A DNA stretch of 64,000 bases from Eledone cirrhosa. Its lineage: Eukaryota. Positions 11,840-24,029 of the stretch are shown here, piece after piece. How positions within the stretch are numbered: position 1 is the stretch's first letter; each line of letters starts with the position of its first letter. The DNA lies in assembly GCA_964016885.1 (NCBI GenBank), contig OZ024740.1:83142001-83206000 (forward strand), read 5' to 3'. Under the pieces are notes generated by a model. It was not told where the DNA came from and ran no database searches. It worked only from the letters and a program-made list of their open reading frames with translations. Both the position numbers and the translations under genes were made by a program.

Positions 11840-12385
11840 GCAAGGTCACCAAGTCAATCTATTTATATATTTTGCTAGCCTCTCTCTTGGCTAGTGCTAC
11901 CGACACCTTCCCTTTTCTCTCTCAAGTTAACAGGGGAATAGTGTCAGTAGCATTGAATGAGTGGTGGCGGCGATGATGGATGTGGTGGGGTGGTGGCAGC
12001 GGTGGTGTTGTGGTTACTGATATAGTATCTATGAGTTTGTGTTCGTAAGTTTAATATATATTTTTATTATATTTTGTGTTGACATATACCCGTAAAATTT
12101 GAATTAAACATTTTTTAAAATTTGAGACAATAATAATAGTAATTATTATTATGATGCCGGTGAAATTGCCGTTATCTGGCTGTTATATTTAGTGTGATGG
12201 GATAGGTAGTGTATCAAGTTTCTGGTGTTGGTGAAATTGGAATTGCTGCTGTTCTATATAGTGTAGACAGAGGGTGTTTTGTTCCATTTATAACCATTTT
12301 CTTTTTTTGAATACAAAATATATAATACAAAATTGAATATTTGAGCGATACAACAATATAATATGGATCCGAAACTTGATGGGAC
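11840..12385 (-). mobile_element. Family B 5'UTR fragment
   Basis: It is the reverse complement of parts of 35680-36250 and 36660-36690. Confidence 0.75.
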
Positions 12386-12392
12386 ATCATTC

Positions 12393-13540
12393 GAGCAACT
12401 ACCTGCAGCCTCAGATATTCAGGACGTATCGGAGGGTTGTTGCTGTTCCCAGCAAGCATGCATTTTGAAGTGTTCCAAAAAGCGGGGCGGGACCAATCTT
12501 CTTTAACCATCCTTGGAAACTCTTTGAGAGAGTACCTAGTGCGCCTATGACAATCGGGACCACTTTGACTTCATGTCAGTTCCAAATCCTTTTTATCTCC
12601 CAATTTAAATCCTGGTATCGGTTAATTGTCTCCCTCTCCTTCTCTTGCACTCTCGTGTCGAATGGGCAGGCTTCATCCACAATCAGGTACGATCGTTTTC
12701 CCTTGTCCAAAACCACCAGTCAGGTCTATTTTGTTCCAGTTTCTTGTCCGTCTGTATCCTAAAATCCCACAGCACCTTCACCTGATCGTTTTCTATCAAC
12801 GACTCTGGCTTATGCTCATACCACTTCTCAGAATGTAGTAAATTGTTTACTTTGCATAGGTGCCAGTGGAGCGCCCTGCACATTACATCATGTCTCCAGC
12901 CTTTATAGTGAGTCTGGCTAGGTGTTTACACTCGGATACAATGTGAGCTACAGTCTCCTCTCTCTCTCCAGAGATCCTACACAGTGGGCAAGTCTCCTCT
13001 TTGTAAATATGGTGTTTCACCCACTTCGTTTTGAGGGCCTGCTCTTGCGCAGCCATTAGCATTCCTTCTGTAGCCTTTTTAAGGTCTCCTCTTTTCAACT
13101 AGTTCCATGAGAATAGCGGCGGAGGCGATAATGATGCAATGGTGGTGGTGGTGATGTGATAGTAGTACTGTAGTGATGTGTTGAAGTCGAAGTAGAAGTA
13201 GAAGTTGAAGAAACAGTTGGTTTGGCTAGATTTCTTTTGTGTGGTAGTGGTGATGGTGGCGGCGGCGGTGTGGGTGTTGATGGTGAAATTATTTGCCTAT
13301 CCACGTAGCCATTTTCCTCTATTTTGACTATAACATTTCTGATCCAAAATTAAATATTAAATATTGGGGACCTATGCCGTAATGTGATGCGCTGTCGGCT
13401 GCTGAGGGTGAAAACTGTAATCTTATATTTCATTTGTAATAAGAATTATTCTATCACAGATGTTTTAAATAAGTAAAAATCAAAATCTTACGGGAGCGAT
13501 TCCATAACGATATATATCGCCCGTGTGCGTTTTCTTCCCT
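12393..13540 (-). mobile_element. Internally deleted family B element (5'UTR joined to the CCHC/RLE 3' end)
   Basis: 13110-13540 is 5'UTR, including the terminal gggaagaaaacgcac..cgctcccgtaag motif. 12393-13108 is the WLKRGDLKK..RYVLNI region. No RT is present. Confidence 0.8.
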
Positions 13541-13591
13541 ATTATTAATATTATTATTATTAATATTATTATTATTATTATTATTGTTGTT

Positions 13592-16500
13592 ATTCCTTGA
13601 ATCTCATTCATTGATGTTGGTTAACTAGAAAGTCCGTTGGAATGAATATCAAGCCACTACCTGCAGCCTCAGATATTCAGGACGTATCGGAGGGTTCTTG
13701 CTGTTCCCAGCAAGCATGCCTTTTGAAGCGTTCCAAAAAGCGTGAAGGGGCCGATTTTCTTTAACCATCCCTGGAAACTTTTGGAGATAGTCCCCAGTGC
13801 GCCTATGACAATCGGGATCACTTTGACTTCATGGCAGTTCCAAATCCTTTTCACCTCCCACTTTAGGTCCTGGTATCGGTTAATTTTCTCCCTCTCCTTC
13901 TCTTGCACTCTTGTGTCGAATGGGCAGGCCACATCCACAATCAGACACGATCTTTTTTCTTTGTCCACAACCACCAGGTCAGGTCTATTGTGTTCCAGTT
14001 TGTTGTCCGTCTGTATCCTAAAATCCAACGGCACCTTCACCTGATCGTTCTCCATCACCGCCTCCGGCCTATGCTCATACCATTTCTCAGAATGTGGTAA
14101 ATTGTTTACTTTGCACAGGTGCCAGTGGATCACCCTGCCCATCACATCATGTTTCCAGCCCTTATAGTGGGTCTGGGCTAGGTGTTTACACTCGGATACA
14201 ATGTGAGCCACAGTCTCCTCTCTCCCTCCACAGATCCTGCATAGTGGGCTAGCCTCCTCCTTGTAAATATGGTGCTTCAACCACTTCGTTTTGAGGGCCT
14301 GCTCCTGCGCAGCCATTAACATTCCTTCTGTAGCCTTTTTGAGGTCTCCTCTTCAAAACCAGTTCCATGTCTGTGGATCTCTAAATTCAGTTTTCTCAAA
14401 GAAGGTACTATGAAGGGATATTCCCTGAAGGCTGCTCGTTCTCCTTGATGTTATTTCCTCATTGGACATCCCCTGGCCTACTGTCCCCTCCTTCAGTACA
14501 GTTCTGTGCATTGGCTCCTTACTATCTGTCACGTATTTGTATAGGTTGTTTTTCTCCATCTGAACACAGTCCTCTATGCTGATAAGACCTCTTCCACCCT
14601 CAGATCTCCTTAGGTAGAGTCTATCGACATCACTCCTCTTGTGGAACATGTTGTAGATAGTCAATAGCTTCCTAGTCTTCCTATCCATTTCTTTTTGTTC
14701 AGCAACATTCCATCTCAGAATACCCGCACTGTACCTACTAATAGACACAGCTCGGGAATTTACTGCGCTTATAGCATTTCTGCTGTTCAGATGTGACTTC
14801 AATACGCTCCTTACTCTCCGAATGTATTCAGTTCTTAACAATTCCTTCATTTTTTTGTTCTTTATGCCATCAGCCTCCAGAACGCCCAAATATTTGTATC
14901 CTTCCTCAGAGTCAATTTCCTTTATCATCTCACCTGTTGGTATCTGGATTCCGTTACTTCTGCTCAACCTACCCCTCCTCATCACAATGACTCCACATTT
15001 ACTAATACCAAACTGCATACATATATCACTGCTGAAAATAAGGACAGTGTCAACAAGCACATCCAACTCCTTCTCACTCTTCCCGAAGAGCTTAAGATCG
15101 TCCATGAAGAGGAGGTGATTGGTGGTAAGCTCTCCCTTTCCCAACTTGTATCCTGCTCTCACTTTTCGCAGCATAATGGTCAAGGGCATCAGGGCAAGGA
15201 CAAACAACAGAGGGGACAGGCTATCTCCCTGGAAGATACCTCTCTTGATCTTCACGCATCCCAAGGATTCTCCAGTTGATGTCAACTCTGTCTCGCAGGA
15301 CCCAATACTCCTGCCCAGCAACTGTCTGATGTTATCTGCCACCTTGAAATTCTCCAGGCTTTTTGTGATCCAAGAATGAGGCACCATGTCAAATGCCTTT
15401 CTGTACTCTATTCATCCCATGTCAAGATAAGTGTGTCTCCTCCTGCAATTCCCCATTACCATCTTATCAATAAATAACTGGTCCTTTGTACCACGTGACT
15501 TCTTTCGGCATCCTTTCTGTTCGTCCGGTAACAAGTTGTTTGTGTGGAGGTGATGGTAGATTTCCTCAGACACAATGCTCGTCAACAGTTTCCACATTAC
15601 GGACAGACATGTGATAGGTCTATAGTTGGTAACATCATTACCCTTGATTCGGTCTTTCATTATCAGCACTGTGGTACCTTTTGTCAACCACTCTGGCACC
15701 TCACCCGACACCAAGCAGTCTTTGAACATGGCCGTCAGCTTCGGGTGGAGGGATGTTTAAGTTTTAATCCAATACCCCTGCACACCATCTGGGCCTGGTG
15801 ATTTCCAGTTGGTTATTTTTTGGGCCTGCCCCTTAAGAGTTTCAACTGTGATACTCAAATCAATTTGTTGGTGTGCCTGCTCACCGATCTCCCTCTGTAC
15901 TGTCTCAATCCACCCTGCCTGGTCATTATGTCTAACATCCTGCTCCCATATTCCTCTCTAGAATGTTTTAGTTTGTTCCGCCCCAGGGATCAAGTCGTTG
16001 CCTCTTTCTTTCCCCTCAAGCTGTCCAAACAGCATCTTCTGGTTGTTGTCGAACATGCGGTTCTGTTTATACTGACTGACTCTGTTCTCGTATCGCTTTA
16101 TTTTTGCACTCTTTGCTACAATGCGTTGCTTCAGTTCCTCTATGATAATATTTAGCTTTTTCCTCCTAGTTTCTTACTTTATTTCCAGTCTATTTTTAGT
16201 GCCTATGTTTTTTAGTGTTTCATTCAGTAGTGACTCAAGCTTTCCTATGTCATTTCTCATTTCATTGATTTGACCACTCAGTCGTTTCTTCTACCAAGGC
16301 GCTGCTCTTTCTTGTCTGTTGTTTCCTCTCGCTTTTATACCAAGTAGTTTCCTCACCGTATTTGCTGTTGCTTTGAGGATTTTGTTGCACTGGTGAAGGC
16401 TCCTCGCCTCAAGGTATGGGATGACTTTGTTTACATTAGCTGTTGTTTCTTTTAACTTTTTCCTGTCTACAAATCTTAGGTTCATAGGTCTCCCACTATC

Positions 16501-18054
16501 ATTGTTTAATTCATCTACCACTAAATTTAGGATGTCAACCGAATCTTGTCCTAGCCCGTCAGCATTCATCTCCTCAGTGGCCGTATCTCTGTTCCAGGTA
16601 TTATTTATCTCAGTATTCAGATCATTGTCTGCTTCGGGTGGTTCCTCCGTTCTCTCGACCTCTTTACCTTCATTTCCCACTGGCTCGTTTGTCTGGCATA
16701 CTACACCCTCCATCTCCAAGCTATTCTCTCTGCTCAGTTCCTCCAGTTCCAGCTCGCTTATCCACCCATTAGTTCTTATTACCCGAGCCTGCCCGGCCAA
16801 TTTTTGTTCATCTAATTTAAATAGACCAATCTCGTTCCAGATGTTATGCATCCGTCTCCTATAGCTCCTCTCCTTGGGGTTACTTTTCAGGTAACATTGC
16901 ATAACATTTCTATTCAATTCTTTCGTCCAGTTGGTTCTGGCCCCTTTCCTTCTTCTTCTTCCTCCAACATCAGCAGTATTTGGTTGACAGTCAGGTTACT
17001 GCTGCTGAGCCAGGGAGCACCTGTTGGGTGAGAGTCTGTCACATGACGTTTTAGTCTCCATTTCACCGTTATTCGAACTGTTTAGGTTCGATATTTAAAC
17101 ACTCTTATCGAGGATTGGCGAATGTATCGTTACATAGCCATCTGTGGATTCACCGTCGCCGGTGTTTGCGCCGCTCCACTTGGCACTTGTGTGGCATTAT
17201 CACATTGTAATGTAGTGTTCGAATGTCTGACTTAGTTTTTCCCCCCCTCTTCTCTGTCCGTCCGCTTGTTTCTCTCTTCATTCTTATTTTCATTACGTTT
17301 TTTCTGTTTTTTTTGTTTTTTTTGTTTTTGTTTTTCTCTGTTTGTTTTTCTCGTTTGTTGCTGTTGTTGCTGTGCTGCTTTGGTTTTGTTTGTTTTTTCT
17401 TTTTTCTTTTGAGTCTATCTATATATTTTGATGCTTTCCTCTTTTTTAGTAGTAGGAATTCTATAATGTGGTGGCAGCAGCTAGCAGGGAGCTGTGGGAG
17501 ACAGTAGCGGCGGTAGCGATACTGAGACAGTGGTGGCGGTGATGTCGATACCGAGGCAGTGGTGGTGGTGATGTGATCGTATTACTGTAGTGATGGTGTT
17601 GTAGCGGTGGTAGCATTGAAGGAGTGGTGGCGGCGGTGATGGGATAGTGGTGGTAATGATGGCAGTAGTGAGTGGTGGTGGTGAAATTGCCGTTATCTGG
17701 CTGTTGTGTTTAGTGTACACAGAGAGGTGATGGGGTAGGTGGTGTATCTAGTTTCTGGTGCTGGTGAGATTGGTGTTGTTTGGCTGTTCTATATAGTGTA
17801 GACAGAGGGGGGGGGGGGTATTCTTCCATTTATAGCCATTTTCTTTTTTGACTATACAATGTACAGTTGAATATTTGAATATTTGAGCCTTATAACAATA
17901 TATTTTGGGTCCGAATTTTTTGGGGCTCAAGCCGGATGCTTTACGTAGCATTTGTACTAAGAGTTGTTATTTCACAACTGATTTAAATATGTTAAAAAAT
18001 TGAAAACTTACGGGAGCGATTTCATGATTTCACCACCTCGTGCGTCTTCTTCCC
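13592..18054 (-). mobile_element. R4/Dong-clade retrotransposon, family B, full length
   Basis: It has (TAA)n on both sides, a 5'UTR of about 1 kb starting gggaagaagacgcac, and ORF fragments covering the N-terminus, RT, CCHC and RLE. Confidence 0.92.
13669..17061 (-). pseudogene. RT-CCHC-RLE polyprotein of family B, frameshifted
   Basis: Motifs [55 protein letters not shown] and RPDLVVVD..IVDVACPFD..EKINRYQDLK. Confidence 0.9.
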
Positions 18055-18103
<49 letters not shown>

Positions 18104-18106
<3 letters not shown>

Positions 18107-19727
18107 ATTTGCATTTATCTTGTTTTATGTTCATACAAGTTATCACCAAGTCACAACCTGTGACCTCAAGAGACAAGATCCGCTATGTCCAAGAAAGAAC
18201 ATACATACACACACTCATGCATCTTTAGGTGTTTAGACTTGTTTTGTACTTATATTGACAGAATCTTCCTTAGTATATAGGCAGTTCCCATTAGTACTAT
18301 CTTTTGTATTTCTCCTATATGCGGGTTTCCTGGGATTTGCGATAAGTAATCATTAGACCTCTTAGATATCCTAGAGCGCCCACAACCACTGGTATTGTTT
18401 TAGTTCTCAATTTACACAGTTTTCCAATTTCTATCTCCGGGTGCTTATACTTGCACAATTTTTCAAATGTTTTTATAGATACATTCTTCTCTATTGGAAC
18501 GGACATATCAATTAGCAGGAATACCCTCTTTTTAAGTCCTTTAGTATTATATCAGGTCTATTTGCATCTATTTTTCGGTCTGTTTGGATGCCAAAAGTTC
18601 CACAAGATTGCGATGTGATCTTTTTCAAGTATGGGAGGTGGTTGATGCTCCCACCAATTCTTTTGATGGGGCAGGTCAAAATGTTTACACATTATCCAAT
18701 GTATATTTTGTGCAGCTCTGTCATGCATGTTTAGGTATTTGGTTGGATCTATAGGACTGTACATTGAAATTATATGATCAATGGTCTCTGGTTGTATTTT
18801 TACATACACGGCATAATGGGTTGCATCCATTCTTTATTATGTTGGCCTGGTGATTTCTGTTGGCAGACACTGATCTTGTGCTGATATAATCAGTCCTTCA
18901 GTCTCCGATTTCAGGGCAGAGGATGCCAACCACTGATGGGTTAAAGTTTTGTCAACGTCAGGATTGTTAGCTCTTTCTGGGTATGTTTCATACATAGTCT
19001 TTTCTTGCCATTTCTCAGCCAGTTTCTGTAGCAGTTCTTTCTTTGCAGTTACTTTTACCTGCTTTGCTTTTTCTGTGTTTTTCATTTGAGCAGTAAATGG
19101 AACTTCTGAAATTTGTAGTCCATTACGGTATCGTTGTGCATCTTTTGTAATGGAGTAGGATCGTTTGATGCTTTCGTGTTTCAAAACGAGTTTGATCATC
19201 CAATCATGTGATTCCCTTAGATATGTAGATAATGCAATTGTTGCAGTTTTCAACGCAATATCTAACTGGATTAACCCACGTCCTCCTTCTTTCCGAGGGA
19301 AATATATTCTAACTTAGGGTTATGCATTCTGTGCATGGTTAAGAATTTTCTAATTTTTGTATCGAGCCTACGGATCTCTGTGCTTGAATAATTGATGATA
19401 TTGTAACTGTTACTACTGGTATGGCAAGCGTGTTTATTGCATCGATCCTATTCCTTGCATTCAATTCCGTTCTTAAGATTGCTCTTACTCTGCGGTAACA
19501 TTCCTTCCTTATCCTTTCCCTCATTGTCGAGTGCTTGATTCCGTCTCATTCACAAACACCTATATATTTGTAAGTTTCCTCTTGATCAAGTTCTCTTATC
19601 ACATTCCCCCAATCAAGATTAATGTCTGAACTTTTCAGCAACTTTCCTCTGGTGAACGTTGCTTTGACGCATTTATCTAGTCCAAACTCCATTTTAATGT
19701 CATCACTGAACCGCTTCACAGTGGATA
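18104..19727 (-). mobile_element. Family A copy, 5'-truncated
   Basis: It is colinear with 7602-9238 and carries more indels. Confidence 0.9.
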
Positions 19728-20082
19728 ATGGTGAAAGATATTGTTTGGTTGACAAGGTTGAAAGGGTTAAATACAGACACTTTCCTCTTCGGCGAATCCA
19801 TAATTAACTTTTTCAAGTTTCACTTGAAGACGAAAATCAGGGTGGAGAGGCAAGTGCTGCTTTCTAGCAAGTTTGTTGAAAGTTGGGTGAATGTAGCGAG
19901 AATGGTCCGAGTGAACGCGACCGCTCGGATTATACGTCTGTAGTTTGAGAGATGGAAAAATAGAGAGAAGGCGCTTGCCCTGGTGGTCAGGGTGGCCGTG
20001 GTCTTTTGTGTGGTTTTCGCCACAAGTAACCCTCGGAGGTTTCCCCTCTATTGTGGAATTTTTCTTTGTTTCAATTTTCATT
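19728..20082 (+). mobile_element. Tx1/L1-like 3' fragment without its tail
   Basis: ORF 19728..19943 (VKDIVWLTRLKGL..IINFFKFHLK.KIRVER) is homologous to 6690-6908. Confidence 0.65.
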
Positions 20083-23054
20083 TTATTATCAGTCATGTAT
20101 TTGTTTAGGTTGTTTTTCTCCCTCTGAACACAGTCCTCTATGCTGATAAGACCTCTTCCACCTTCAGATCTCCTTAAGTAGAGTCTATCGACATCACTCC
20201 ACTTGTGGAACATGTTGTAGATAGTCAATAGTTTCCTAGTCTTCCTATCCATTTCTTTTGTTCAGCAACATTCTATCTCAGAATTCCCAAACTGTACTTA
20301 ATAATAGACACAGCTCGAGAATTTACTGTACTTATGGCATTCCTACTGTTCAGATGTGACTTTAATACGCTCCTTATTCTCCGAATGTATTCAGATCTTA
20401 TCAATTCCTTCATTTGTTTGTTCTTGATGTCATCAGCCTCAAGAACACCCAAATACTTGTATCCTTCTTCAGTGTCAATTTCCTTTATCATCTCACCTGT
20501 TGGTATCTGGATTCCGTTGCTTCTGTTCAATTTACACCTCTTCATTACAAGGACTCCACACTTGCTAATACCAAATTGCATACATATATCATTGCTGAAA
20601 ATACGGACAGTGTCAACAAGCACATCCAACTCCTCCTCACTCTTCCAGAAGTGCTTAAGATCGTCCATGAAGAGGAGGTGATTGATGGTAAACTCTCCCT
20701 TTCCCACCTTGTATCCTGCTCTCACTTTTCGCAGTATAATGGTCAGGGGCATCAGGCAAGGACAAACAATAGAGTGGACAGACTATCTCCCTGGAAGATA
20801 CCTCTTTTGATCTTCACGCCTCACAAGGATTCTCCAGCTGATGTTAACTCTGTTTTCCATGACTTCATACTTTTACCCAACAACTGTCTGATGTTATCAG
20901 CCACCTTGAAGATCTCTAGGCTTTTGGTTATCCAAGAATGAGGCACCATGTCAAATGCCTTTTTGTAGTCTATCCATCCCATGGCAAGAGCCGTGTGCCT
21001 CCTCTTGCAATTCCTCATTACCATCTTATCAATAAGTAATTGCTCTTCTGTACGACGGAACTTCTTTCGGTATCCTTTCTGTTCGTCCGGTAACACGTTG
21101 TTTATGTGGAGGCGATGGTAGATTTCCTCAGACACAATTCTTGTTAACAGTTTTCACATTACGGACAGACATGTGTCAAGCCTATAGTTGGTAACATCTT
21201 TACCTTGATTCGGTCTTTCATTATCAGAACTGTGGTACCTTTTGTCAACCACTCTTGTACTTCACCCGAGATCAAGCAGTCATTGAACAAGGTTGTCAGT
21301 TTCGGGTGGAGAGATGTAATATTTTTAATCCAATACCCTTGCACACCATCTGGGCCTGGTGATTTCCAGTTGGTTAGTTTTTTTGGCCTGCCCTTTAAGA
21401 GTTTCAACTGTGATACTCAAATCAGGTTGTTGATGTGCTTGTTCACTAATCTCCTTTTGAACTGTCTGAATTCACACTGCCTGACTATTATGTTCAACAT
21501 CCTGCTCCAGAATGTCTTAGCCTGTTTCGCCTCAGGGATCACGTCGTTGCCTCTTTCTTTCCCTTCAAGCTGTCCAAACAACATCTTCTGGTTGTTGTCA
21601 AACATGCGGTTCTGTCTATACTGACTGACTCTGTTCTCATACCGCCTAATCTTTGCACTTTTTGCTACAATGCACCACCATGATAATATTTAGCTTTTTC
21701 CCCATAGTTTTCATTTTATTTCCAATCTATATTTAGTGTCTAAGTTTTGTAATGTCCCATTCAGTAAGGACTCAAGCTTTCAAATGTCTTTTCTCATTTC
21801 CTTGATTTGACCATTCAGTCGTTTCTTCCACCAAGTGGTTTCTTCCACTGATCTTGTTTGTTGTTTCCTCTCGTTTTTATGCCAATTAATTTCCTCACCG
21901 CATTTGCGGCTGCTTTGAGGATATTGTTGCATTGGTGAAGGTTCCTGGCCTCAAGGAATGGGATGACACTGTTTACCTTAGCTGTTGTTTCTTTTAACTT
22001 TTTCCTGTATACAAATCTTAGGTTCATATGTTTTCCCCTATCATTGTTCATTTCATCTACCACTAAGTTCAGGATATCAACCAAATCTTGTCCTAACCCA
22101 TCAGACTTCATTTCCTCAATGGCCGTATCTTTGTTCCAGGTATTATTTATCTCAGCATTCAGATCATTGTCTGCTTCGGATGCTTCATCAGGTCTCTCAA
22201 CCTCTTAACCTTCATTTCCCACTGGCTCGTTTGCCTGACATACTCCACTTTCCATTTCCAGCTTAATCTCTCTGCTCAGTTCCTCCAGTTACAGCTCGAT
22301 TATCCATCCAATAGTTCTTATTACCCGAGTCTGCCCGACCAATTTTTGTTCATCTAATTTAAATCGACCAATCTCGTTCCAGATGTTATGCATCCGTTTC
22401 CTATAGCCAATACCCATGGGGTTACTCTTCAGGTAACTTTTCATGACAGTTCTATTCAAAGTATTCGTCCAGTTGGTTCTTGTCCCTTTCCTTCTTCTCC
22501 CTCCAGCACCAGCAGTATTTGGATGACAGCCAGGTCTCCGCTGCAAGGTCAGGCAGCACTTGCCGGATGAGAATCTTTCACATAACATTCCAGTCTCCAC
22601 TCCACCGTTATTCGAACTGTTTAGGTTCCACATTTAAACACTCATATCGAGGATTGGTGAACGTGTAGTTACATAACCACCGGTAATTTCATCACCCCCA
22701 GTAATTTCATCACCACCGATTATTTTAGCGTGGCACCATCACGCTGTAGACGAACATAAACAAATAAACAAATAAATAAATAAAAACATAAACAAATAAA
22801 CATAAGTTTCATTGTAATGTATGTATGTCTGACTTAGTTTTTTTCTTTTTTCCTTTTTGTTTTTCAAGGCCAGTAACATCAGTCACTATTGTTGTTGAGC
22901 TGCTGCTGCTGTTTTTGAATTTAGATACGCTAAGCTCGTAGTCATAGCAACGAGGAAGGTACGGGGCTTTGCGTTCAAACTTTTGAAATTCGTTTTTCTT
23001 TTGCCGTTGTGTTTGTTTTTGTCTGAGTTCTGTTCAGTAACTTTTCGACTTGAT

Positions 23055-23220
23055 TGGATTGGCAGTATCGGTAGAGGGTCGGACGCCATGCTTTGACGCA
23101 TATAGTTACGACTCTTGCCATTCTGAGTTCAAATCCCACCGAGGTTAACTTTGCCTTTCATCCTTACGGGGTCGATAAAATATAGTACCAGTAATGCCTT
23201 GTGCCAAAAGTAGAAACAAT
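23055..23220 (+). mobile_element. tRNA-derived SINE
   Basis: A box TGGCAGTATCGG, B box GAGTTCAAATCC, and conserved core ttgcctttcatccttacggggtcgataaaa (resembles the MetaSINE core, from memory). Confidence 0.9.
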
Positions 23221-23293
23221 TATTATTATTATTTGACATCGTTTAAACTAAACATTTCGAAAGAGTTTAGAGATACAGCGACAATAATTAGTA

Positions 23294-23480
23294 TGGTGGA
23301 TTGGCAGTATCGGTAGAGGGTTGGACACCATGTTTTACAGCAAAGAGTTACGGGCCTCGCCATTCTGTGTTCAAATCCCGCCGAGGTTAACTTTGCCTTT
23401 CCTCCTTACGGGGTCGATAAAATAAAGTACCAGTAATGCACAATGATAATTGCTGGTCTTGTGCCAAAAGTAGAAACAAA
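23294..23480 (+). mobile_element. tRNA-derived SINE
   Basis: It has the same A/B boxes, core and tail. Confidence 0.9.
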
Positions 23481-24029
23481 TAATTATTATGGTACTGTTG
23501 TTAGCTGTTTGACTGGGTCACTAAATCAGTCTATTTATATCTGTTGGTGACTCCCTCGTTTCTAGTCATGTGTAGTGGCACTACTACCTTCCCTCCCCTA
23601 ACAGGAGGTAGTGAGAGAATAGTGGTGGTAGCGATGATGGTGACGCTGGTTATAGAGTAGTATTACTGTAGTGATGGTGTTGTTGCTGCTGTTGGTTTGC
23701 CCCTAGCTAAATTTTGTGGTAGTGATGGTGGTGGCGGCGATGGTGGTGGTGTTGGTGGTGAAATTATTTGGCTGTTGTTTTCTTCCATTTGTGACCATTT
23801 GCAGCCATATTCTTTTTTGACAATAACATTTCTGATACAAAATTAAATATTTCAGCCCTGTGCTGTAGTGTTATGTGTTGGCACATCCTGAGACTTGATA
23901 CTGTCCCATTTGTAATAAGAATTAGTCTATCACAATTGTTTTAAATATATAAAAAATCAAAAACTTACGGGAGTGATTCCATAACACTCTATCCACCATG
24001 TGCGTATTTATTATTATTATTATTGTTTT

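Larger units (their letters stand above)
20085..24005 (-). mobile_element. Family B copy lacking its 3' end; 5'UTR interrupted by two SINEs
   Basis: It is colinear with 14520-17240. The terminal 5'UTR motif lies at 23960-24005. Confidence 0.88.

Noticed and set aside
17060-17130. HDV-like relic before the family B ORF (ttcgcc..TCCTCGA..gagtgtt..tcgaac/gttcga..ATAAC-ggtgaa)
   Set aside because: P3 does not pair, and there is no G for P1.1 and no catalytic C in the copies here. At best it is a dead relic.
23055-23140. Possible tRNA genes (A and B boxes)
   Set aside because: There is no cloverleaf, and the boxes belong to multi-copy SINE heads.
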